Shown: positions 32,734 to 43,685, counted from the stretch's first letter. The stretch is DNA of 64,000 nucleotides from Coprothermobacterota bacterium (GCA_037440465.1 JBBIUB010000003.1:29811-93810), one strand, 5' to 3'. A program made the numbers and translations. Notes: generated by a model not told the origin, from the sequence alone.

Positions 32734-33606
32734 TTAACTGCCTTTCTCCACCAGGCTTACTTTTAGTAAGATAAGTGGAGTAAGGTAAGCCATTGTAAAA
32801 CCAATAAGAAAATACCTGATAAATATAAAAATAATGGTAGATGGAAAAGCATATTTTAATCCAATCCAGGTTATGAAAATCAAGGGAATTGCTATAAGCA
32901 ATCTTAAAACCTTCTGCTTAATGCTTCCCTTTGTGCTGAAAGATATAGTTTCATCTTCAAAATAAAAACCTATTGATACTCCTAAAAGTGCGCCTGTACT
33001 AACCACACCACTTTCTGAATGATATAAAAATAAGAGTATTAGTGGTATGAATAAAGCTAAGGCTAACCTAATAAGAGTGTTATTACTTCTTAGTTTAGAA
33101 ACTAATTCTTCCCAGATAGTTAAAAGGATTATTCCAATAACTAAACCACCAAGTATATCTTGAGGAAAATGAACTCCAAGGTAAATCCGAGAAAGACTTA
33201 TAAGAATAATTAAAGGTAAAATTAAAAACCACAGATACCATCTTCTCATCCTAATGCCAAGATAGCTCCATAAAACCAAACCATTCTGCGCATGACTGCT
33301 GGGAAAAGAGGGAGAAGTTTCTGTTGTTAACATTTCTATCTGAAGGTCAAATGGACGTGGAATACTGAAAAAGTCTTTGACATATAAGCTAATGTACGTA
33401 GAGAAGAGTAAAAGATAGGCAAGGCCTCTACTCCAATATTTATTGACTGTTAAGTAAATTACTGGAAAGAGAAGGAGATAGAACTCCTCATCTCCCAGGA
33501 AAGTTATATACCTAAAGAAAAAATCTAAGGAACTCGTCCTGAAACTCTGAATAAAGATGATGAACTCTGTACCGGGCTTAACCAGTTCATTTAATAAGTC
33601 CATCAT
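32734..33606 (-). CDS. PAP2 family membrane phosphatase
   Basis: K...PRP, SFPSSH and SRIYLGVHFPQD motifs; multiple TM helices. Confidence 0.9.
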   Translation of the reverse strand: MMDLLNELVKPGTEFIIFIQSFRTSSLDFFFRYITFLGDEEFYLLLFPVIYLTVNKYWSRGLAYLLLFSTYISLYVKDFFSIPRPFDLQIEMLTTETSPSFPSSHAQNGLVLWSYLGIRMRRWYLWFLILPLIILISLSRIYLGVHFPQDILGGLVIGIILLTIWEELVSKLRSNNTLIRLALALFIPLILLFLYHSESGVVSTGALLGVSIGFYFEDETISFSTKGSIKQKVLRLLIAIPLIFITWIGLKYAFPSTIIFIFIRYFLIGFTMAYLTPLILLKVSLVEKGS

Positions 33607-33622
33607 CTATCTAGATACCTTC

Positions 33623-34285
33623 CTAACTCTTTTTGATTTTTTTACTCGGCCTGGCCATACCTCCAGATATCACCAGCCTCATTCCTTCCTCTATTGTATA
33701 GTTAGTGTCTATAACTTCTTCCCTTGGTACCAGAATAAAGAATCCACTGGTGGGGTTAGGAGTTGAAGCCACGAAAACCTTAACCATGTCCTTTCCGGTT
33801 ATGTCTTTAAAGTCGTCTATTACCTCTCCTGTGACAAAACCTATTGAGTAAATACCAGCCCGTGGATATTGCACCAGGACTACTCTTCTAAAAGCAGTGC
33901 TTCTACCATCTCTATCGGAAAAGATGGCATCACTTATTTGTTTTATTGTTGAATAGACAGCACTCACCATAGGAAGCTTCTTAATAATGAATTCAGCCCA
34001 GCTGAAAAGATAACGCCCTACTACATTGGTTACAGCAATACCCATAAAAAGAGCCAACACCAGAAAAGCCAGCAGTCCCAGCCCAGGTACTTTAGCGTTG
34101 ATGATGGAAGAAATTATCCCCCCCAGAATGCTGTCTACCAGAAGAAAGAGAGTCCATAAAACATAAATTGTGGTTACTACTGGTATAAGAGTAAGAATAC
34201 CTGTTATAAAATACCTTCTGAATAGAGGCCAGGTAAATGTTTTAATAATCTTTAACAAATTAATACCACCTCCTTTTCTTCTCAT
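33623..34285 (-). CDS. DUF502 family membrane protein
   Basis: RRYFITGIL, YSTIKQI, VVLVQYP, STPNPTSGF, VISGG. The true start is probably TTG 34258 after AGGAGGTG. Confidence 0.88.
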   Translation of the reverse strand: MRRKGGGINLLKIIKTFTWPLFRRYFITGILTLIPVVTTIYVLWTLFLLVDSILGGIISSIINAKVPGLGLLAFLVLALFMGIAVTNVVGRYLFSWAEFIIKKLPMVSAVYSTIKQISDAIFSDRDGRSTAFRRVVLVQYPRAGIYSIGFVTGEVIDDFKDITGKDMVKVFVASTPNPTSGFFILVPREEVIDTNYTIEEGMRLVISGGMARPSKKIKKS

Positions 34286-35476
34286 TTAAAAACCCTTTAC
34301 TACCACAATCGGTGTGGCTGCATCGGCTGAACCACTTATCAAGTCAGCCAGGCTCGCCAGAATATCTTCAGCTCTTCGGGGGGTAGTGCCAAGTTCTTCA
34401 GTAGCATCGGTAGGAATAGTTTTCAGAGTTTCTTTTTTTGTATTAATATAACCTTCTATTACATCTCTTGATTTACCTTCTTTATGCAAAACATCAGCTA
34501 TATATTTATATTTAAGACCTATTCTCCATCGTCCACTTAATCCCTTAGTAACTCCAAAGGCTGGCTGAGGGTCAGCAAGTTCATAAATACCTGATATGGG
34601 GTCTTTATAGGCACCATCTCCATAAATAATAACTTCTACTTTTTTATCAAATTCATCGAGTATTTTTGATTGAATTTTACATGCAACTTCATTGCCATCC
34701 CTGGGAGCCAGCTTAACCCTTTCAGGGTAAGATAGGTTACTTCCTAAAAGCCCCCACTCAGACCAAGCACCATCACGATGTTGGTTGAAGAACTCCTGCA
34801 AAGTCAAAACATTTCTATTTACCTCAGTTAGTTTATTATTTATTTCATCACGTTGGTGGATGCTTGAAACAATAACTCCCTTGGGATTAGAGGACAAAAT
34901 CTCAAGAGGATCATTAGAAAGAAAAATATTAGCAACAACCCCTTCCCCTTTAATAATTTCTTCATAAAGAGAGAGATAATTTACACCTGTTATGGGGTGA
35001 GTAAGATTTTTTCCTTCAAGTTCTTCCCTACTTATTCTGGATCCCAGAATCTTACCCATCTCTTGGAGAGTTTCATCAGTTATGAGTCTATTCCCCACCT
35101 CATCAAGAGGAAAAGATAATTGAAGAATTACTTTTCCCTTATTTACAGCTCGGGCTATTCCTTTTAGCAAAAGAGAAAATCTATTTCTACTTAAAATCGG
35201 GAAGAGCACACCAATAACATCGTTCTCTTTAACCCCCAGTTTCCTTCTAACTTCAAGGGCAATATCGTCTACTGAAACATAATTATCCTGGGAGCGGGCT
35301 ACTACAGACTCAGTTACGCAAACCACATCACCATCCGCAAGTAGATTATCAGTAAAGGGTTTCCGCAGAATATCTACTACTACACTTGCTATATCATCAC
35401 CTGGAAGAATCACGCCTCCCTTAATTCCAAAAGCCACAACACCAAGATAATTCTCTTTTTTATTTATTAGATTCAC
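34286..35476 (-). CDS. Coenzyme F420-0:L-glutamate ligase-like protein
   Basis: PGDDIA, VTESVVARSQ, PILSRNRF, YGDGAYKDP, GTTPR, SLADLISGS. Confidence 0.75.
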   Translation of the reverse strand: MNLINKKENYLGVVAFGIKGGVILPGDDIASVVVDILRKPFTDNLLADGDVVCVTESVVARSQDNYVSVDDIALEVRRKLGVKENDVIGVLFPILSRNRFSLLLKGIARAVNKGKVILQLSFPLDEVGNRLITDETLQEMGKILGSRISREELEGKNLTHPITGVNYLSLYEEIIKGEGVVANIFLSNDPLEILSSNPKGVIVSSIHQRDEINNKLTEVNRNVLTLQEFFNQHRDGAWSEWGLLGSNLSYPERVKLAPRDGNEVACKIQSKILDEFDKKVEVIIYGDGAYKDPISGIYELADPQPAFGVTKGLSGRWRIGLKYKYIADVLHKEGKSRDVIEGYINTKKETLKTIPTDATEELGTTPRRAEDILASLADLISGSADAATPIVVVKGF

Positions 35477-35494
35477 CTATTTGTCACCTCTCTT

Positions 35495-36643
35495 TCAAGT
35501 ATAGCACACAACATTTTTACATTTTATTAGGATTAGAAATGCTAAAATACTAAGACTAATAGCCAGGAAAAACGGTGTAAAACCACCAAATGCTGTTTTT
35601 AACTCCACACCTATGGGCGGACCCAGTGAAGCCACTACACCTGTAACCGTGCCAAAAAAACCGGTTATTCTTCCTCTGTTCTTTTCGTTTGTTAAAGAGG
35701 TAAGAACCAGGGCTTGTGTAATCATGAAAAACTGAAAAAGAATAAATGATATCAACAAAAAAATGATGGGGGGAACAAAAGGGGAATTTGAATTTAGATA
35801 GGCGATAAGAAAGATAGGATGGAAAAGAACGCTTACTCCCAAAACTATCCAGGCATTAAACCTTTTTGAAAGCCTTCCAGCAACAAAACTTAAAAGAGCA
35901 GCCACTATCCATCCTGAAGCATAAAGAAGATTAATCTCTTCTTCACTTTTTCCCAAACTCTCCTGCAGATAGAGGGTTACAAGAGGTCCATTTAATGTTA
36001 AAGCCATAGCCAGCGCAATAAAAGAAGCTGCTACAAGAAAAAATAACAAACTCCTGTTAAGAGAAAAGGTAAAAGAAGGTTTATGTGAAATTAAATCTTT
36101 AGTCTCAACAATTAGAGCGTGGCGTAAACCGGTACAGATAAATACTACTACACCACATAATATCATCAAAGGTCTTATCCCAAAGGGTTTAAGTAGTATT
36201 GCGCCAACTAATGTCCCCACTCCCACTCCCAATGAGGTAAGGGTATTAAAAAAGGAGATTGAACCTTCTCTGTTTTCACTGGATTCAGCAATAAGGGGAA
36301 TAAAAGAAGGCATTTGAAGAGAAGACATCAAGCTAATTGCGAAATAAGCTAAGGCTGTCAATTTCCAGTCATTACTTAAGGCCATCACCAGATACAATGG
36401 TGCAGCGATATAACCTGGAATAGATATCATCTTTCTTCTCCCGAAACGATCAGCCAAATAACCGCCAAGAATCTGGGAAAATGTAAATCCAAGTAAGAAG
36501 AATGTATAAGATATTCCAATCATCCTATCAGAAGCTCCAAGGCTTTTCAGATATAGTGGTAGAAGGTAAAGCCACGAAAAAAGTGTAACCAGAATAATAA
36601 ATGCGGTAATAGATAATATTTCTATATTATATTTTTTACTCAT
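35495..36643 (-). CDS. MFS transporter
   Basis: About 12 hydrophobic segments and MFS motif A (GGYLADRFGRR). Confidence 0.88.
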   Translation of the reverse strand: MSKKYNIEILSITAFIILVTLFSWLYLLPLYLKSLGASDRMIGISYTFFLLGFTFSQILGGYLADRFGRRKMISIPGYIAAPLYLVMALSNDWKLTALAYFAISLMSSLQMPSFIPLIAESSENREGSISFFNTLTSLGVGVGTLVGAILLKPFGIRPLMILCGVVVFICTGLRHALIVETKDLISHKPSFTFSLNRSLLFFLVAASFIALAMALTLNGPLVTLYLQESLGKSEEEINLLYASGWIVAALLSFVAGRLSKRFNAWIVLGVSVLFHPIFLIAYLNSNSPFVPPIIFLLISFILFQFFMITQALVLTSLTNEKNRGRITGFFGTVTGVVASLGPPIGVELKTAFGGFTPFFLAISLSILAFLILIKCKNVVCYT

Positions 36644-36732
36644 ATCAGATAGTAATTATACCTTAAAAACGGGGTTAAAAGAAGAAAAACAAGGTATTAT
36701 TAAATGAATCATACCGAAATTAATTGCTGTGT

Positions 36733-36876
36733 AGGGTTCAAGGATATATAAATATAGGATTCAAGGGGTCCAGGGTTCAAGGATTGTGACAGGTGACAAG
36801 TAAATGATTATGGATTACAAATCACATATTACATATCACATATCACTTGTTACTGGTCCTGGAATCCTCGAATCTT
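36733..36876. repeat. Nested 8-nt and 7-nt periodic inverted-repeat element
   Basis: AGGATTCAAGGGGTCCAGG pairs with CCTGGAATCCTCGAATCTT, and GTGACAGGTGA pairs with TCACTTGTTAC, enclosing tandem ATYACAT units. Confidence 0.6.
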
Positions 36877-36945
36877 GTTTAGCAACTACTTGAAAGAAGA
36901 ACCATTAAGGTAAAATCTAAAGAGAAATAATTCAGAACATAAGAA

Positions 36946-39438
36946 TTGAATACGGAGAATAAAAAAATGAAAAATAAAAAGAGTGTCTATCTACCCATAA
37001 AAGGGATGTCTTGTGCTTCCTGTGTTAGGTCTGTGGAGAAAGCCTTAAGTAAATTACCTGGCGTAGAAGATGTATCGGTCAATTTAAGCTCTGAAAAGGC
37101 TGTTCTTTCATATGATGAGAAATCATCTTTTCTTAAAGATATGGTTAAGGCTATAGAAGAGGTAGGTTATGGAGTACATCTTCAGTCTTTCTCTTTTCAG
37201 TTAGATGAGAATATTGTTAAAGAAAAAAACTCATTCCTTATCAAATCTTTAGAAAAAATACCTGGTGTTATTGAAGTAAGAGTATCTTCAGAGAGGATAG
37301 TTGAACTAACTTATCTGGAAACACTTCTTGATCTCAATAAACTTGAAAGGGTACTTAAAGAATCAGGTTATTCTCCTGTTTTTCCAATTGAAAAGGTAGA
37401 AGATGTACTAATAAAAGCTAAAAAACTCGAAGAAAGATTACTTTATAAAAGGTTTCTCCTTGCCTTAGGTTTAACTATACCTCTTTTTGTAATATCACTT
37501 CCTCATATGGGTATTGACATCTTTAAATTTCTTGGAATAAGTCACAATATAATGCCTTTAATACCATATTTATCTTTTATTTTCGCTACTCCGGTGCAAC
37601 TCTACGCTGGGCTTCCCTTTTACGAGAGGGGAATAAATGGGTTTAAAACTAAAACACCTAATATGGATTCATTAATTATCATGGGAACTTCTGCTGCATA
37701 TATATATTCAGTAGGCATAACCTTCTCACCCTTTATCACTTCTCTTTTCAATTTTCAGATTCCTTCCTATATGCATGTCTTATATTATGAAGTTTCAGCA
37801 ACCATTATTACTCTAGCTCTTCTGGGAAAATACCTCGAAAGTATTGCTAAAGGTAGAGCTTCCCGTGCCATAAAATACCTTCTCAGCCTCAGTCCAAAAA
37901 TAGCCTCAGTATTAAGAAATAGCGAAGAGATGAAAATTCCCGTCGATGAAGTCCTGGTTAATGATATTGTAGTGGTTCATCCTGGAGAAAGGATACCTGT
38001 GGATGGGATTGTCCTTGATGGTTATTCTGCAGTGGACGAATCTATGGTTACTGGTGAAAGTATTCCTGTAGATAAAAAAACCGGAGATGAAGTAATAAGT
38101 GGTACCATAAACAAAACCGGTAACTTCAAGTTTAGGGCTCAAAGAGTTGGAAAAGAAACTTTCCTTTCCCAGGTCATCCGTTTGGTTGAAGAAGCTCAAG
38201 GTTCTAAGGCTCCTATTCAAGCCCTTGCAGATAAGATTACTGTTTACTTTATCCCGGTAGTAATAATTATCGCCCTTATTACCTTCCTTGTATGGTTAAT
38301 AGCCGGTCCCTCTCCTTCTTTCCTCTATGCTCTTTCTGCAACCATAGCAGTTTTAATTATTGCTTGCCCCTGTGCTCTGGGGTTAGCTACTCCCACTGGA
38401 ATTATGGTAGGAACAGGAGAAGCCGCTAAAAGAGGTATCCTTATAAGAAAGGGGGAAGCTCTTCAGAATATGGAAGAGATTGATACAATCGTTTTCGATA
38501 AAACAGGGACAATAACTGAAGGTGTACCTCGGGTTACAGATGTTATTACCCTCAATGGAATAAGTAAAGAAGAATTTCTGACACTTGTAGGTAGTGTGGA
38601 AAAATTATCAGAACATCCCCTGGCTAAATCTATTGTTGGTTATGTAGAGGACCTGGGTCTGTCTTTTATATCACCTGAAGAGTTTGAGGCAGTACCAGGA
38701 AAAGGCATAACTGCGAAGGTTCATGGACATAATGTTCTAATAGGAAATGAAGTATTTTTTAAAGATCAAGAAATAGAGATTAAAGACCGTAGTGAATTAG
38801 ATCGTCTCTACCGAGAAGGAAAAACTGTAGTATTGGTAAGTTTAAATAGAGAAGTTAAAGGACTTATTGCTCAGGCAGACACGCTGAAAGAAGGTGCCAG
38901 AGAAACTATATCTATTCTAGAAAAAAAGGGACTCAAGGTATTCCTGATAACCGGAGATAACACTGCTACTGCCAGAGCAATTGGAGAAAAGATAGGCATA
39001 GCAGATGTATTAGCCCAGATATTACCTCAAGATAAAGCAAAAGTTATTTCTAAGCTACAAAAAGAGGGTAGAAAGGTAGCTATGGTTGGTGATGGCATTA
39101 ACGATGCCCCTGCTCTTGTTCAAGCTGATATTGGTATAGCCCTGGGGACAGGCACTGATATAGCCATAGAATCAGGAGACATTACTTTAATCAAAGGTGA
39201 TCCCAAGAAAATAATAACAGTAATTAACATCAGTAAAGGTACTATGAATACTATAAGGCAGAATCTATTCTGGGCATTCATCTACAATATAACCCTGATA
39301 CCTATTGCCGCAGGAGTATTATATCCCTTCTTCAAGGTGCTCATGAATCCAATCTTTGCTGCGATTGCCATGTCGTTGAGTTCTGTGTCTGTAGTAGGAA
39401 ACTCTCTCAGGCTTCAGTATAGAAAATTTAAGGAATAA
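36946..39438 (+). CDS. copA: Copper-translocating P1B-type ATPase
   Basis: GMSCASC, TGES, CPC, DKTGT, SEHP, GDGINDAP, YN and MSLSS motifs of P1B-1 ATPases. The start may be ATG 36967. Confidence 0.92.
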   Translation: MNTENKKMKNKKSVYLPIKGMSCASCVRSVEKALSKLPGVEDVSVNLSSEKAVLSYDEKSSFLKDMVKAIEEVGYGVHLQSFSFQLDENIVKEKNSFLIKSLEKIPGVIEVRVSSERIVELTYLETLLDLNKLERVLKESGYSPVFPIEKVEDVLIKAKKLEERLLYKRFLLALGLTIPLFVISLPHMGIDIFKFLGISHNIMPLIPYLSFIFATPVQLYAGLPFYERGINGFKTKTPNMDSLIIMGTSAAYIYSVGITFSPFITSLFNFQIPSYMHVLYYEVSATIITLALLGKYLESIAKGRASRAIKYLLSLSPKIASVLRNSEEMKIPVDEVLVNDIVVVHPGERIPVDGIVLDGYSAVDESMVTGESIPVDKKTGDEVISGTINKTGNFKFRAQRVGKETFLSQVIRLVEEAQGSKAPIQALADKITVYFIPVVIIIALITFLVWLIAGPSPSFLYALSATIAVLIIACPCALGLATPTGIMVGTGEAAKRGILIRKGEALQNMEEIDTIVFDKTGTITEGVPRVTDVITLNGISKEEFLTLVGSVEKLSEHPLAKSIVGYVEDLGLSFISPEEFEAVPGKGITAKVHGHNVLIGNEVFFKDQEIEIKDRSELDRLYREGKTVVLVSLNREVKGLIAQADTLKEGARETISILEKKGLKVFLITGDNTATARAIGEKIGIADVLAQILPQDKAKVISKLQKEGRKVAMVGDGINDAPALVQADIGIALGTGTDIAIESGDITLIKGDPKKIITVINISKGTMNTIRQNLFWAFIYNITLIPIAAGVLYPFFKVLMNPIFAAIAMSLSSVSVVGNSLRLQYRKFKE

Positions 39439-39460
39439 AAAATTAAGAGTCATCTCCAAA

Positions 39461-41449
39461 TTAGTTGTTCCGCAACTCACTCCATACCTCAATCCTTCCA
39501 TCAATTTTCTTAGCCTGATAAAGTGCAGTGTCTGCTGCTCTTAGAAAATCCTCCTTGGATATTGAAGTTCCATGGTAAATAGACGCTAACCCGATAGAAA
39601 GAGATATATTATTCTTCAAAGCTCGCATCCTCGTTCGTGATGCAACCATTTTTGCTCCTTCTAAGTGAGTGTATGGTAAAAGAACAGCAAACTCATCACC
39701 GCCATATCGAGCCACTTTATCTACCTTACGAACACCTTGAATAAGAAGTTTAGCTACTTTTTTCAGGAGTTTATCTCCTTCCAGATGACCATAGGTATCA
39801 TTATATTTTTTGAAACCATCAATGTCTATAAACATTACAGAAAGGTATCTTTCGTGACGACTAAGGCGTTCCATCTCTTCATCAAGAATCTCATAAAATT
39901 TCCTGTGATTGTAAAGACCTGTCAAACCATCAGTTATTGCCAGATTTTTTAATTCTTGATATAGAAATGCATTTTCCAGGGCTATACCAAGTTGATCAGC
40001 TAAAGTCTGAAAAGTTAATATATCCTGATTTCCAAAGGCATTTATTTCTTCACTTCTTAGATCAAGTACTCCTAACAACTCTCCTCTTGCCTTTATTGGC
40101 ACAGCCAGCTGAGAATGACCCCTACTCAACTCTTCAATATGATAGTAACGAGGATGTTTCTTTACATCACTCGCCAGTAGAGGTTCTCCTTTCTCAGCTA
40201 CATACGCCACTATACCAGGTCCTCCTGGTTTAAATCTCAGTGTACCTTTAAGTTTCTCCCACCTGAAACCTGCTCCCCAGGTATAAACAAGTTCATTACT
40301 CAACTTATCCACAAGATAAATACTTAAATACAACAGTTTAAAATTTTTCCTGATAAATTCAGCTGTCTTTCTAAATAACTCTTCTCTTTCTAAAAAAGAG
40401 GAGAGATTTTTACTTACGCTTGAAATTATTTGAAGGTCTGTAGTAAGCTTTTCATATTTCTCAAGCAAAGAAACCTTCTTTACCACAGAGCCAGCAAGGG
40501 AAGCATAAAACCTTAGAATTTTTCTTTCTTCTTCGTTTCTGGGAAGACTATCCATGCTTAATATTCCAACTATTTCTTCTTCTGATATGAGGGGCACATT
40601 AAGAATATTCTGTGGTGTATTCCAGAGGACTTTAGCTACTCGGGGATCTTGATAAGCATCTTTAATCTCTACTATTTCCTTACTATTAAATACAAGTGCA
40701 AAGCTTCCCCTATTAACAGATACACCTTCTCTATTAAGGGTTGATACAACTTCCTTTGGTATACCTTTGCTAACAACAATCCTCATCATTTTTTTATCTT
40801 CATCTAAAATAAAAATTGCTCCCTCTTCCCCTCCTACAATCTTTAGAACTTCATCAAGTGTTTTATGTAAGGTATCTTCTAAAGATACAGCCTGATTGAG
40901 TTTTAGAGAAGCCCTTACCAGTAATTCTCTTTGATGGAAAAGTAATGAATTTGAGAGAGTCATTGCTGCAATTGCAGAGAAATGTCGGGTTATTTCAAAA
41001 TCTTCTTCAGTATAAAAATTTGGTTCATGTTTATCTAAAGTTATTGCTCCAATGAATACGCCTTTTGTTATAAGAGGTATGCCTATCCAGGACTTGGTAA
41101 ATTTAGTAGCTACTTTCGCTTCAAGATAGTCAATCTTTTTGACATCATTAACTATTATAGGAACCTTTCTCTCATCCATTTCCTTGAATCCTTTATTCTC
41201 CAATGTAAACGAAAGTTTCAAGACTTCTTTCTCTTCATCAGGAGGAAAGCCTTTAGCTGCTGAAGCTTGAATTTTATCTCCATATCTAAAAAAAAATGTG
41301 GCTGTATCGAAAGAAACTACTCGTTTGAGCTCTTCAAAAATACGCTGGTACGCTTCTTCTGGGGTCATAAAAGGGGTAAGATTTGAAACAATCTCTTGAA
41401 GAACTATAAATCTTTCTCGTTGGTTGTCAGACAGTTTCTTATCTGTCAT
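39461..41449 (-). CDS. GAF-GAF-GAF-GGDEF diguanylate cyclase
   Basis: Three GAF-like segments, DGLTGLYNHR, DIDGFKKYNDTYGH, RKVD I-site, RYGGDEF. Confidence 0.9.
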   Translation of the reverse strand: MTDKKLSDNQRERFIVLQEIVSNLTPFMTPEEAYQRIFEELKRVVSFDTATFFFRYGDKIQASAAKGFPPDEEKEVLKLSFTLENKGFKEMDERKVPIIVNDVKKIDYLEAKVATKFTKSWIGIPLITKGVFIGAITLDKHEPNFYTEEDFEITRHFSAIAAMTLSNSLLFHQRELLVRASLKLNQAVSLEDTLHKTLDEVLKIVGGEEGAIFILDEDKKMMRIVVSKGIPKEVVSTLNREGVSVNRGSFALVFNSKEIVEIKDAYQDPRVAKVLWNTPQNILNVPLISEEEIVGILSMDSLPRNEEERKILRFYASLAGSVVKKVSLLEKYEKLTTDLQIISSVSKNLSSFLEREELFRKTAEFIRKNFKLLYLSIYLVDKLSNELVYTWGAGFRWEKLKGTLRFKPGGPGIVAYVAEKGEPLLASDVKKHPRYYHIEELSRGHSQLAVPIKARGELLGVLDLRSEEINAFGNQDILTFQTLADQLGIALENAFLYQELKNLAITDGLTGLYNHRKFYEILDEEMERLSRHERYLSVMFIDIDGFKKYNDTYGHLEGDKLLKKVAKLLIQGVRKVDKVARYGGDEFAVLLPYTHLEGAKMVASRTRMRALKNNISLSIGLASIYHGTSISKEDFLRAADTALYQAKKIDGRIEVWSELRNN

Positions 41450-41568
41450 AGTTTAATCTAAATTCTAAAACTCCTGATAATAAGCATGTAGCTTAACTAC
41501 CTCCATCGACATTAAAATCCCTCTTGTTCTTCTCATATACTAATCTTTATTAAATTATATCATGCGAT

Positions 41569-43548
41569 TTACTTATTCCATCTTTTAATCCCCACGCCAG
41601 TTCTTTTAGCTTCATATAGAGCTTCATCAGCTGCTTTTAAAAGATCTTCTTTGGAGTGAAATTCTTCATCAGACATAGCAACCATACCAATGGATACCTG
41701 AATGTTCTCTTTCAGAAACCCTTCCCTTAAACGCAGGGCTACTAAATAGGCTTTTTCACAGTGAGTATGAGGTAAAAGGATGGCAAACTCATCTCCACCA
41801 TAACGGGCTACTTTATCAACCTTACGAACATTGTTGAGTGTGATTTCTGCCACTTTCTTGAGTAGTTTATCTCCTTCCAGATGTCCATATGTATCGTTAT
41901 ACTTCTTAAAACCATCTATATCCATAAAGAGAATGGAAAGACATCCATTATATCGTTTAAACCTTAAAATCTCTTCTTCCAAAAACTCATAGAAGCGGCG
42001 GTGATTATACAAACCTGTTAATCCATCGGTGATGGCAAGTTTTTTAACTCCTTCATAAAGAGATGCATTCTCTAAAACTACACCAAGCTGGTCAGCTAAA
42101 GCCTGGAAGATTATGACATCATCATTTCTAAAACCATTGATTATTTCACTTTCGAGATCTAATACACCTATCACTTCGCCTTTGACTTTAATGGGTACAG
42201 CTAATTCTGATTTTACACGTTGGGTTTCTTCTACCCTGAAATAACGAGTATCTTTACTCACATCGTTTACAAGTAGAGGTCTTTCATTTTCTACTACCCA
42301 GACGATTATACCGGGGCCACCAAGGTATAATTTAAAAGTATCCTTAAGACTCTCCCAGTCAAAACCAGAACCCCATTTGTATAACAACTCTTTTTTATCT
42401 TTATCTAATATAAATATACTTACATAGAAAACTTTGAAGTGTTCTTTTATAAGATCTGCAGTTTTTTTAAATAAGTCTTCTATCTCGGTCAATGACGATA
42501 TGTTTTTTGCTACCTCAGATATTAAAGTTAAATCTACGGTCAATTCTTTATACCTATCAAGAAGGTCAAAATGCTTTATTACTGAGCCTGCTACTTTACC
42601 AAAATAAATAAGAAGTCTTCTTTCTTCTTCATTTCTTGGTAAAGCATCAAGAGTTAAAACACCTAAAACCTCATCACCTGCAATAAGTGGTATATTTAAT
42701 AACTTTGGAGGAATATACCCAAAACCCCTGGCAACTCGCGGGTCATTATATGTATCCTCTATCTCGACCACTTTTTTCTGTTTTACTGATTGTTCAAAGG
42801 TACCGATATTAGCGGGGATTCCTTTTCTGTTTAACTCTTCAATTCCTTCTTCAATAATACCCTTACTTGCCACAATCTTCATATTATCCTTACTTTCATC
42901 AAGTAGCATGATTGTTCCTTCTGACCCACCTATTAGTTTCATTGCCTCTTCCAGTATCTTCTGTAAGGATACTTTTAGTGAGGTGGACTGTATTAAAGCA
43001 ATAGACGCGTCAAGCATGGTTTGTCTTCGGCTATATAGTAAAGTATTATAGATAGCGATAGCTGCTGCAACAGAGAAATTCCTTGCTAACTCAACATCTT
43101 CTTCTGTGTAAAAATCCGATTCATACTTATCCACAGTTACCACACCAACAAAGTTTTCCCTTAAGAAAAGAGGTATTCCAATCCAGGAACGAATACGCTC
43201 TACTCCTACACCACCTATAAGATACTCTCTTTCCTGAACATCGTTCACAAGTATAGGCTCTTTGATTTCATGCATTTCCCTGAGAGATTTATTGTGAAGG
43301 TTAAAGGTTAGTTGTAGGACTTCTTTTTCCTCTTCTGAAGAAAAACCGGCAGCAGCTACTGCTCTTATAGTATCACCAGAGCTCAAAAATAGAGTAGAAG
43401 TATCGTAAGGAATTATCTTTTTTAAACCTTCCAGGATAGCCCTGTAACAATCATCAGTACCTGTAATCGGTGAAAACCCGTAAGCAATCTTATTAAGAGT
43501 TGAAAACTTAAAATGCAAATCGCAATATGCTCTTTTACTCTTCTCCAC
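41569..43548 (-). CDS. GAF-GAF-GAF-GGDEF diguanylate cyclase (paralogue of the neighbour)
   Basis: Same architecture and motifs as 39461-41449. Confidence 0.9.
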   Translation of the reverse strand: MEKSKRAYCDLHFKFSTLNKIAYGFSPITGTDDCYRAILEGLKKIIPYDTSTLFLSSGDTIRAVAAAGFSSEEEKEVLQLTFNLHNKSLREMHEIKEPILVNDVQEREYLIGGVGVERIRSWIGIPLFLRENFVGVVTVDKYESDFYTEEDVELARNFSVAAAIAIYNTLLYSRRQTMLDASIALIQSTSLKVSLQKILEEAMKLIGGSEGTIMLLDESKDNMKIVASKGIIEEGIEELNRKGIPANIGTFEQSVKQKKVVEIEDTYNDPRVARGFGYIPPKLLNIPLIAGDEVLGVLTLDALPRNEEERRLLIYFGKVAGSVIKHFDLLDRYKELTVDLTLISEVAKNISSLTEIEDLFKKTADLIKEHFKVFYVSIFILDKDKKELLYKWGSGFDWESLKDTFKLYLGGPGIIVWVVENERPLLVNDVSKDTRYFRVEETQRVKSELAVPIKVKGEVIGVLDLESEIINGFRNDDVIIFQALADQLGVVLENASLYEGVKKLAITDGLTGLYNHRRFYEFLEEEILRFKRYNGCLSILFMDIDGFKKYNDTYGHLEGDKLLKKVAEITLNNVRKVDKVARYGGDEFAILLPHTHCEKAYLVALRLREGFLKENIQVSIGMVAMSDEEFHSKEDLLKAADEALYEAKRTGVGIKRWNK

Positions 43549-43685
43549 TTCTCTTAAACACTCCAGTTTTTGTTTTTTTAAGGCTTAATAGGTAAACCCT
43601 ATTTCAGATTAATGTAATATTATAACCCATTTATATAACTATAACCGAGCTACAATAATTTGACAAAACTTACACAGGAATGATT

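Noticed and set aside
36733..36876. Possible CRISPR array
   Set aside because: The units are 7-8 nt with no repeat-spacer structure, and there are no cas genes in the window.
41474..41536. Short minus-strand ORF between the two GGDEF genes
   Set aside because: Only about 23 codons, with no SD or recognisable motif.
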